The notes below the pieces were generated by a model that ran no database searches, was not told the DNA's origin, and worked only from the letters and a program-made list of their open reading frames with translations. The position numbers and the translations under genes were made by a program. A stretch of DNA of 64,000 bases from an uncultured bacterium (GTDB lineage: Bacteria; Electryoneota; B3-LCP). Shown here piece by piece: positions 21,538 through 29,236 of this stretch (positions within the stretch are counted from its first letter, which is position 1; each line of letters begins with the position of its first letter). The stretch spans positions 168-64,167 of the forward strand of contig CAZUTK010000007.1 in NCBI GenBank assembly GCA_964623265.1, given 5' to 3'.

Positions 21538-23154
21538 TCACTTTCGGATCTTGAAACCGTGAGAAAACTCAAGACGAAACATCGGCAATTCCTCCGATCC
21601 GTTTTGGCTCTCGCCGGGGATGATTCTGAAATTCAGAGAGTGATGCGACAATTTCTGAATCAAGGAGATGATTTTGTCATACGAAGCCGCCGTGGAGGAA
21701 AAAAGCAATTCTTCCACCTGCTCCGTCTTAACAATACGCTCCAGATCCTCCAATCCACCCAGAATCGGCACGCCCTGAAGTATTTCTCCGATCCCTTCAT
21801 CGGTCAGGGCGACATAGCCGATCGGTTCTAATTCACTCATAGGGTCCCGCATCAACTGTCGGGCAATCTGACAGGCTCGTTCGTCCGCGCCCACGATCAA
21901 GGTTTTGCGTTTCATCCACTTCATCCCGCGCTTCCACGACCGCCTGCGCAGCCAATCCCGCAGAAGAATGCGCCAGCCGGGCATCGCGGCTGCCATACCG
22001 AAAGCAAACCAGAGCACGACGAAGCGGGAAAATGCCCACTGGATGAAAAAATACGTCAGCGCGGCGCACAGGGTTCCTGCGCTTGCAGCGGAGTAAAGCG
22101 CCTTTCTGCCGGAGTATTTCTTCGTCGAATACGCTTTGAAATAGAGTCCAGTGATCAGGTAAATCAGTGTGTATAGTCCGTTCACCAGCCAGACGGCGGA
22201 GCTGTAATCCGGAGCCGAAAAACGGATCCAGCGCCCCGTGAAGATGAACAGATTCAACAGCAAAAGATCGAGAAGCGGAGCCGCACCGGCTCTAAATAGG
22301 GAGAGGATAACCCGCTCGGCATCCCGCAACTGAAACCCGATCGTCACAATGCACCGCGCGAAGAAGGATGAGTTCCCGCTCAAATGTTTGTTCACGAAAA
22401 GCTTCATCGCGCGCTGGAAGTGATAATCGCGGTCTATTTCGGATCTCCTCGTACTTTCGCCTTTGAAGTGAACGATCTTCGTCGCCGGTGTGTAGAGAAT
22501 TCGAAAGCCGGTTTTGCGGATTCGATAGCAGAGATCCAGATCCTCCCCGTACATAAAATAGTCGCCGTCGAATCCCCCCAGTGCCTCCAGAATGGACTTG
22601 CGAACCATCATGCAGCAGCCGGAGAGCGCTCCGACGTCATTTTCCGATTCGGGATCCAAGTAGGTGAGCAAATACCGGCTGAAGGTTCGGCTGCGGGGGA
22701 ACAAGGCAGATAATCCAGTTAAATAGCTGAACGCCGCCCAGGGCGTGGGAAAACCGCGCATGCTTCGAGGCTCAAAGCGCCCATCAGGCAGGATGATTTT
22801 GGGCCCCACCGCGCCCACATCCGGCATCCGCATCAGGCGTTCCGCCAAAATTGAAAGCGTATCTTCCTGAACGAAGGAATCCGGATTCAAGATCAGAACG
22901 AAATCACCGCAGGCTTTTTCAAATGCCAGATTATTGGCGCGCGCAAAGCCGATGTTCTCGCGGTTGCGGATCAACAAAACGTCGGGATAGCGCTCTTCCA
23001 CCATTTCCGCAGAACGGTCGCTGGAGGCGTTGTCCACCACAATGATCTGGACATCGCCACCTTGGCTGGCGCGCTGCAGCGAACGGAGGCAGTGATCCAG
23101 AAAAGGTCGAACGTTGTAGCTGACGACAACTACGCTGATGCTGGGTTGTGCCAT
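21538..23154 (-). CDS. Family-2 glycosyltransferase fused to TM region and C-terminal CoA_binding_3-like (sugar-transferase N-terminal) domain
   Basis: N-terminal GT2 motifs (SVVVVSYN ... VVDNASSD ... MYGEDLD). ~5 TM helices. C-terminal KTLIVGADERACQIARQL ... IGYVALTDEG ... VPILGGLEDLERIV, like the Rossmann N-domain of WcaJ/EpsB-type transferases, but with no Bac_transf catalytic domain. Confidence 0.65.
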   Translation of the reverse strand: MAQPSISVVVVSYNVRPFLDHCLRSLQRASQGGDVQIIVVDNASSDRSAEMVEERYPDVLLIRNRENIGFARANNLAFEKACGDFVLILNPDSFVQEDTLSILAERLMRMPDVGAVGPKIILPDGRFEPRSMRGFPTPWAAFSYLTGLSALFPRSRTFSRYLLTYLDPESENDVGALSGCCMMVRKSILEALGGFDGDYFMYGEDLDLCYRIRKTGFRILYTPATKIVHFKGESTRRSEIDRDYHFQRAMKLFVNKHLSGNSSFFARCIVTIGFQLRDAERVILSLFRAGAAPLLDLLLLNLFIFTGRWIRFSAPDYSSAVWLVNGLYTLIYLITGLYFKAYSTKKYSGRKALYSAASAGTLCAALTYFFIQWAFSRFVVLWFAFGMAAAMPGWRILLRDWLRRRSWKRGMKWMKRKTLIVGADERACQIARQLMRDPMSELEPIGYVALTDEGIGEILQGVPILGGLEDLERIVKTEQVEELLFSSTAASYDKIISLIQKLSHHSLNFRIIPGESQNGSEELPMFRLEFSHGFKIRK

Positions 23155-23158
23155 GCAC

Positions 23159-23899
23159 TTAGAGGCGGCCGAACAGGCTCTGCAGCTTCAATTTCCAGAC
23201 CATCCAGATGGCTTCGCGGACAATCTTGCGCGACATTTTCGATTTCCCTTCGACGCGGTCGGTGAAAATGATGGGTATTTCTTTGATGCGGAATCCTTTC
23301 TTCCAGGCGCGGAAACTCATCTCGATCTGAAACGAGTAACCGCCGGAGTGAATGCGATCCAGGTCGATTGATTCTAAGACATTGCGCCGGAAGCACTTGA
23401 ATCCACCTGTGGGATCCTTCACCGGCATACCGGTAATGAAACGGGTATAGAAGGAAGCGCCGTACGAAAGCAACAAACGCTTTAAAGGCCAATTGATCAC
23501 ATTCACGCCGGTGATATAGCGCGATCCTAGCACTAAATCGGCGTCTTGGATCGCTTCCAAGAACTTCGGCAAGACGCTGGGATCGTGTGAGAAATCGGAA
23601 TCCATCTCCAAAATGTACTCGTAATCTCTCTCCAGAGCATATTTGAAACCGGCGATATAGGCGCGCCCCAAACCTGCTTTTTCGGGTCTTTCCAGCAGGA
23701 AAATCCGGTTGGGATGCTGCTTCTGCAGTTCCTTGACCAGGTTCGCCGTGCCGTCCGGTGAATTGTCATCCACCACTAGAATATCGAATTGCGGCCCCTG
23801 TTTCAGGACTTCCGGGAGAATGCAGGGGATGTTCTCCGCTTCGTTGTAAGTGGGCATCACCACCAGGGCTCGTGAACGCACTTCCGCGCCGGTGTTCAT
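23159..23899 (-). CDS. Polyprenyl-phosphate sugar synthase (Dpm1/GtrB/ArnC-like GT2)
   Basis: VVMPTYNEAENI, VVDDNSPDGT, EMDSDFSHDP, LVLGSRY: classic dolichol/undecaprenyl-phosphate mannose/glucose synthase pattern. Confidence 0.75.
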   Translation of the reverse strand: MNTGAEVRSRALVVMPTYNEAENIPCILPEVLKQGPQFDILVVDDNSPDGTANLVKELQKQHPNRIFLLERPEKAGLGRAYIAGFKYALERDYEYILEMDSDFSHDPSVLPKFLEAIQDADLVLGSRYITGVNVINWPLKRLLLSYGASFYTRFITGMPVKDPTGGFKCFRRNVLESIDLDRIHSGGYSFQIEMSFRAWKKGFRIKEIPIIFTDRVEGKSKMSRKIVREAIWMVWKLKLQSLFGRL

Positions 23900-24840
23900 T
23901 GAGTTTCACCTCCGTATTCTCTTTTTCCGGCGTCCCTTTGCCGATGATATTCTTGCAAGCCTGCATGGATCCCGCGCGGCGAAAAGGCGAGTTCCCGTGC
24001 GATTTTATCCAGAGCGAAAGTGGAATCGGCTGGGCGCGGCGATTTCTGCACCAATTCCGATGTCTTGATCGGCTGGATGCGGTCCGGATTTTCGCCGAAT
24101 TCAGCCGCGATCCGCCGGGCGAATTCGTATCTCGTCACCGACTCGCTCCCGCTGATATGGAAGATCCCCTCCTTTTGCAGTTGCATCACCCGGGCGATCC
24201 CCGACGCCAGATCATCCGCCAGAGTAGGGTTGCCTCGCTGATCTTCAACGATTTTTATGACCCCTACGGACTGCAATCGTTGTAAGACGAAGTCCACGAA
24301 ATTCGGGCGGATGTTATCACCTACGCCATAGAGCACCTGCGTCCTGATGATGGTGTGGGGCACATCCGCGCCGCGCAGGATGTTTTCACTCGCCAGCTTC
24401 GATTTGCCGTAAAATCCTAAAGGCTTCGTGGGGTCTTCTTCCCGATAGGGTGGATGAGTTCCATCGAATACATAATCGCTGGAGATGTGGATCAGGTGGG
24501 CTTTAACCTTCTTTGCCGCCCGAATCAGATGATCCACCGCCAGGACGTTGATCCGCCAGCAGCGGTCTTTTTGCACTTCACAGCCGTCCACATCCGTCAT
24601 CGCTGCGGTGTTGATGATGTAATTCGGCCGAATTTTTAAGGCTAGCTCGAGAACCTCGTCGCGTCGGGTGATATCCTGGGTGAAATACTCGCAGGGTGCG
24701 TCCCGCAAATGCATCCGCGTTTGTAAATCCACTCCGAAGATGTGATTGTGTTTCGCTAAAAGCAGCGTCAGTTTCTGACCCAGCAGTCCATTACACCCTG
24801 TGATGAAAATCCGCAAACCCGACGGGATGGAGGAATTCAA
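23896..24840 (-). CDS. RmlD-like NAD(P)-dependent sugar-nucleotide reductase/epimerase (dTDP-4-dehydrorhamnose reductase family)
   Basis: FITGCNGLLGQ Rossmann motif. HISSDYVFDGT and YGKSK catalytic motifs. Confidence 0.6.
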   Translation of the reverse strand: MNSSIPSGLRIFITGCNGLLGQKLTLLLAKHNHIFGVDLQTRMHLRDAPCEYFTQDITRRDEVLELALKIRPNYIINTAAMTDVDGCEVQKDRCWRINVLAVDHLIRAAKKVKAHLIHISSDYVFDGTHPPYREEDPTKPLGFYGKSKLASENILRGADVPHTIIRTQVLYGVGDNIRPNFVDFVLQRLQSVGVIKIVEDQRGNPTLADDLASGIARVMQLQKEGIFHISGSESVTRYEFARRIAAEFGENPDRIQPIKTSELVQKSPRPADSTFALDKIARELAFSPRGIHAGLQEYHRQRDAGKREYGGETQ

Positions 24841-24865
24841 TGGAGTTTGCTCCTGGATTGCGATC

Positions 24866-25333
24866 CTATAGTCTGCTTCCTTGCTTTCGAAATTGCATCA
24901 GTTGAGCGGCAACAGCCGGTGATTCTAGCGCGAGGATGCGCGCCGCCAGGCAAGCGGCGTTAACGGCGCCGGCTTTGCCGATGGAAACCACGCCCACCGG
25001 TACGCCGGCGGGCATCTGCACGCTGGATAGAAGCGCGTCCAAACCGCCCAGCGTCGAAGAAGCCAAGGGCACGGCGATCACTGGCAGCAGGCTGTGAGCC
25101 GCGCAGGCGCCCGCCAGGTGAGCCGCCATACCCGCCGCGGCGATGATGAGCTTGAAGCCTTGGTCCGCAGCGCTGCGGGTGATTTCCGCCGTCGCATCCG
25201 GGTGGCGATGCGCTGAACTCACGCGCCATTCCGCTTCGATGCCGAAGAAATCGAGATAGGGCTTCATCGCTTCCAACGTTTCTCGATCGGAATCGCTGCC
25301 CATTAAGATGAGAATCTGCGGTTTCTTTGCCAT
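24866..25333 (-). CDS. purE: N5-carboxyaminoimidazole ribonucleotide mutase
   Basis: ILMGSDSD, AAGMAAHL, VPVGVVSIGKAG motifs. Start taken at MAKKPQ (ORF track 25378). Confidence 0.85.
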   Translation of the reverse strand: MAKKPQILILMGSDSDRETLEAMKPYLDFFGIEAEWRVSSAHRHPDATAEITRSAADQGFKLIIAAAGMAAHLAGACAAHSLLPVIAVPLASSTLGGLDALLSSVQMPAGVPVGVVSIGKAGAVNAACLAARILALESPAVAAQLMQFRKQGSRL

Positions 25334-25346
25334 AGTCTTCCTGAAT

Positions 25347-26405
25347 TTAGTATCGGCTGCCTGGAGCCATAATTTCAAAGGTTTCCAGCATTACTTCCAA
25401 TTGTTTGATGTATGGCTCTTTCTCGCCGCCCGGATTGAAAACCTCACCATCCAGCAAATAGGCCCGCTGCTGATCTTCATCAAAAAAGGCGTAACCTACA
25501 AATGCTCCTCCACCCAGTGAACTTAAAGTCTCCCAAACACCGTGAAATTTCAGAGCTGGATAGTATCCGACCACCGTGCTGGTGATGCGGGTAAAATCCG
25601 GGTTCACCCGGCTGGGGTCTTCGAACTGCATCCCCAGCATGTTCCAGGTGTCGATCACCCAGGCTGAATCAATGGGGTTTTCAGCCAACGGCGGGGATCG
25701 CCAGAGTGTGACGAAACGGGTCGGCAAGACGCGTTTCAGGCGCAGCCAACCGTTTTCGACCTCGTCGCGTACCAGCGCGAAATCCGCCGGAATACGAAGC
25801 GTGAACTGATACCTGCGACTCAAGTCGCGTTCTAGGTCTTTGCGCTCCAGTTTGCTGTACAACTCATCCAATACGATCTCGGTGCGTTTTTCGTCGAGGA
25901 TCTTGTAGAGATTCTCGCCTTCTTCCTCGAGCTTCCGTCGCAATTCGTCCGCATTCGGAGTGACGAGGACCAGCATCAACTGATGTCTCGCCCATTCGTT
26001 TTCTTTCTGGAAAACGTAATAGATCCCATTCTGCACTCCTTCTTTGACTTCCGGCGTGAGCATCGTCTCAATCAGTCCGGATACACCCCCGGAATTTTGC
26101 AGGGTTCCTACAATTAAGAGGAAGCGTTGCGTCTGGACTTGCTCCAGCTTGCTGTAGTCGGCGAATATCGGTTTCAACCGGTATTCCGGCTGAGGCGTTT
26201 CGATGATGGGACAGAATGTAGAGATGAGAGCGTCGCCGATTTGCGTCTCCAATTCGGTGTCAATCAGGATCGCCAATTCATACGGCGTGCCGGTGGCGCG
26301 CGGCTTGATGTTGCAGCCGTTCAGAACCAGCGCTGGCAGCAGAATGATCCCTATGCATAAACGATGAAAATTTCGCCGGTTTTTTAAGATCACGCGAAGT
26401 TTCAT
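25347..26405 (-). CDS. Hypothetical lipoprotein (possibly DUF4837-like)
   Basis: Lipoprotein signal MKLRV ... LLPALVLNGC. No catalytic motifs. Confidence 0.4.
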   Translation of the reverse strand: MKLRVILKNRRNFHRLCIGIILLPALVLNGCNIKPRATGTPYELAILIDTELETQIGDALISTFCPIIETPQPEYRLKPIFADYSKLEQVQTQRFLLIVGTLQNSGGVSGLIETMLTPEVKEGVQNGIYYVFQKENEWARHQLMLVLVTPNADELRRKLEEEGENLYKILDEKRTEIVLDELYSKLERKDLERDLSRRYQFTLRIPADFALVRDEVENGWLRLKRVLPTRFVTLWRSPPLAENPIDSAWVIDTWNMLGMQFEDPSRVNPDFTRITSTVVGYYPALKFHGVWETLSSLGGGAFVGYAFFDEDQQRAYLLDGEVFNPGGEKEPYIKQLEVMLETFEIMAPGSRY

Positions 26406-26412
26406 TCTTTGA

Positions 26413-27369
26413 TTATTCTTTCGCAAAAAGGTGGAGATTCGAAGACCCTTCACCGGATTTCAACCCGCGGATGAAGCTGACCAATCCGATCCCTAATCCT
26501 CGGACGATCTTCGGCAAGACTTGAACGCCTGAAGACCAGCTCAATTCGGAGATCAAGGCGTTGTACCAGGGATCCAACGGCAGGGACCGCGTGGCGAACC
26601 AATTGATATTATACACACTCAACAGTATCTCAAGATCCCGACGTCTGAAATGATAGAGGTGTCTGGGCGCATCCCAGGCAACCCACCGCGAACGGTAGAA
26701 TTTCGCATCAAAGGAATAGGGGTTGGGCAGAGCGATGGCCAAGATACCGCCCGCTTGGATTCGTTTCGCTACGGCGTCCAGTGTTCCTTTCAAATCGGGT
26801 AGATGTTCCAGCGCGTGCCAGAAGGTGATCAAATCGAATTTTAGATCGGGATACGTCACGGTTGCCGGGTCGCCGGTCAACACTTCGCAACCGGCGGCAC
26901 GAGCCTGTTCCGCGGCGTCGGCATCGCTTTCCACGCCCAGAACCTGCCAGCCGTGACGCCTCATATATTGCAAAAATTCGCCAGTGCCGCAGCCTACATC
27001 CAATAGCGTTCCAGGCTCTTTCTTTTTCCAGACCAGTGAAGCTTTAAGATGGATCGAAAGAGGGCGGATTCGGCGATAAATGCATCCGAAACAACCACCG
27101 CCCCGGCGCCTGTGAGGGTCGTATCTTTCCGAACGATAGTATCTCTTAAGATGCTCTGAAATCGGTCTCGGATTCAAATATAGAAAACCGCAGGATGAAC
27201 AGGCAACGATGCGAAACGCTGCTCCCTGCGGTTGGTTCTTTGTCCGAGCTGGTTCCGAATGCAGGCGATCCTGGACGGTGTAAACTGAGCGGAAGGGACG
27301 CGTTCCGCAAATTGGACAGGGGATCTCCTCGAATTGGGTTTGGAGATCCTCTGATCCTCTATTCGCCAT
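26413..27369 (-). CDS. Class I SAM-dependent methyltransferase with N-terminal zinc ribbon
   Basis: CPICG ... CSSCG ribbon. SAM motif I LLDVGCGTGEF. Acidic motif II region. Confidence 0.65.
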   Translation of the reverse strand: MANRGSEDLQTQFEEIPCPICGTRPFRSVYTVQDRLHSEPARTKNQPQGAAFRIVACSSCGFLYLNPRPISEHLKRYYRSERYDPHRRRGGGCFGCIYRRIRPLSIHLKASLVWKKKEPGTLLDVGCGTGEFLQYMRRHGWQVLGVESDADAAEQARAAGCEVLTGDPATVTYPDLKFDLITFWHALEHLPDLKGTLDAVAKRIQAGGILAIALPNPYSFDAKFYRSRWVAWDAPRHLYHFRRRDLEILLSVYNINWFATRSLPLDPWYNALISELSWSSGVQVLPKIVRGLGIGLVSFIRGLKSGEGSSNLHLFAKE

Positions 27370-28153
27370 ATTTATTCCAGGGCGCGGCGGGATCGAAATA
27401 GACCCGCAGCCCGGCGTTCAAATATGCGCCGCTGAAATCCGCCTCAAAGGTGTCGAAGGTATTCTGCCAGTAAGCAATTTCCCCCACCTTGTAGTTTCCG
27501 GTCTGACCGACGACTTCGCGGAAAAATTTATAGCGGGTGACCGGTGCCCAGCGGAATCCTCCGCCCAATTTCAGTGAAACCGCGCTGGACAGGAAGAATT
27601 CAGCGCCCAGTTCCCCCGTGAAACCGAAGCTGCGTCCATTGGCGCCGTAGAAGGATTCGCCGTATACTGCCTGAGACTGAGTGCTCACTTCGCGGTCCAA
27701 TGAACTCAGGTAAAACGCCGGACCGGCGCCCAGCTCCAGATTGAACCGCGGTGTGATGTGCCAGTAATAATTCGCGGTCAGAAAGATCTCCACGGCGTTG
27801 GTGAACACCCGCGCCGTCTGGGTTTCATTCGCCGCATTGACGGCGGTTGCGGTGGCGCTGTCCGTGCCCAGAACGTTCAAACCGATGTGCCAGGCGAAAT
27901 ACGGCTGCGTCTTGTACAGCAGAGTGATGCCGCCCATAAACGATCCTTCTGACTCTGTGTACTCCTTTTGACTATACCCGGACGGACCGGTGAAACCCTT
28001 AACGAAAGTATTGGGATCCGTCATGTTCAGGTACATTCCGTAGCCGCCGCGGATCTCGATTCCGCGTTGATGATCAATTTTCGGACCGCTTTGAGCCGTC
28101 AGAACGGTTACGCTGAGAACGACGAAGCAAGCCAACCACTGAGATGCGCGCAT
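27359..28153 (-). CDS. Outer-membrane beta-barrel protein
   Basis: Signal peptide MRASQWLACFVVLSVTVLTAQS. Alternating amphipathic strands with aromatic girdle. C-terminal ...NKYGE. Confidence 0.5.
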   Translation of the reverse strand: MRASQWLACFVVLSVTVLTAQSGPKIDHQRGIEIRGGYGMYLNMTDPNTFVKGFTGPSGYSQKEYTESEGSFMGGITLLYKTQPYFAWHIGLNVLGTDSATATAVNAANETQTARVFTNAVEIFLTANYYWHITPRFNLELGAGPAFYLSSLDREVSTQSQAVYGESFYGANGRSFGFTGELGAEFFLSSAVSLKLGGGFRWAPVTRYKFFREVVGQTGNYKVGEIAYWQNTFDTFEADFSGAYLNAGLRVYFDPAAPWNKYGE

Positions 28154-28183
28154 TCTTCCTCCTGTATCCCTGAGTCGAACTCA

Positions 28184-29236
28184 TTATATTTCGTTTTTCT
28201 GCAAAATTTGCGTAGTTTTATCTTTTCCCAGCAGAAAATGCTGAATAACGATGCTGCCGCGGTACATTTTCCGTATGATCTGCCGATCGCTGACTCGGCG
28301 GATTCTCTGAACCTGCCTGCGCTTGGAAAAACTGCGGAACAGCAGCCAGGGCAGCATTAATTGTACAGTCAGCGCCGCGGGACCGCGGCGAAAATCTCTG
28401 CGTAAGAAGGAGACGACGATTGTCCCCCATTCAAAGATTATTCTAAGCGGCAAAATCCAGACCAACTGCGCCAGTGAATAGTTCTTCACCAAACAGACGA
28501 TGCTGTTGCGGTGGTTCAAAAACATTTTGCGCCGTTCTGTGTTCGGCAGGGTCCCGCCGGAATAGTGATAGACGACCGCAGCCGGAACGCGAATCCCATG
28601 ATAGCCTGCCAGGTGCAGCCGCCAGGCGAGGTCTATCTCTTCCATATGAGCGAAAAAGTCTTCATCCAGCAACCCGACTTCGCTTAGCGCCGAACGGCGG
28701 AAAATCGCGGCCGTCCCGCATGCCCAGAAGATTTGTGAAGGAGTATCGTATTGCCCATGATCTTCTTCCAGCGACATAAACAGGCGTCCGAACGCGAAGG
28801 GATAGCCCAGAAAGTCCATCAGACCGCCGCAGGCTCCGGAATAATCAAACTGCCGGCGATCCTTGATGTTCAGCAGTTTGGGCTGAGCGAATGCCGCTTC
28901 GGGATTCCTGTCCAGCGACGCCACCAGTTCGCCCAATGTCTGCGGTTCCAGTACGGTATCATCGTTCAACAACAAGACAAATTCACTGCCGGATTGCTGA
29001 ATTCCCGCGTTGCACCCGCCGGCGTACCCTCGATTGCTGCTCAGAGCCAGGAGTCTGACTTGTGGGAATTCCCGCTGCAGCATTTCGCGGCTGCCATCGG
29101 TGGAGGCATTGTCCACGATGATGACGTCGAAAGAGCGATAAGTGGAATGGAATACGCTGTTCAGACAGTCTCTCAAAATCCCTGCCCCCTGCAGATGGGG
29201 AATCACAATGCTCAAGCGGGGCGGCGGGGATGTCAT
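28184..29236 (-). CDS. Family-2 glycosyltransferase
   Basis: SIVIPHLQG ... IIVDNASTDGS ... LLLNDDT ... HMEEIDLAWR GT2 pattern. Start overlaps the stop of the upstream gene. Confidence 0.75.
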   Translation of the reverse strand: MTSPPPRLSIVIPHLQGAGILRDCLNSVFHSTYRSFDVIIVDNASTDGSREMLQREFPQVRLLALSSNRGYAGGCNAGIQQSGSEFVLLLNDDTVLEPQTLGELVASLDRNPEAAFAQPKLLNIKDRRQFDYSGACGGLMDFLGYPFAFGRLFMSLEEDHGQYDTPSQIFWACGTAAIFRRSALSEVGLLDEDFFAHMEEIDLAWRLHLAGYHGIRVPAAVVYHYSGGTLPNTERRKMFLNHRNSIVCLVKNYSLAQLVWILPLRIIFEWGTIVVSFLRRDFRRGPAALTVQLMLPWLLFRSFSKRRQVQRIRRVSDRQIIRKMYRGSIVIQHFLLGKDKTTQILQKNEI

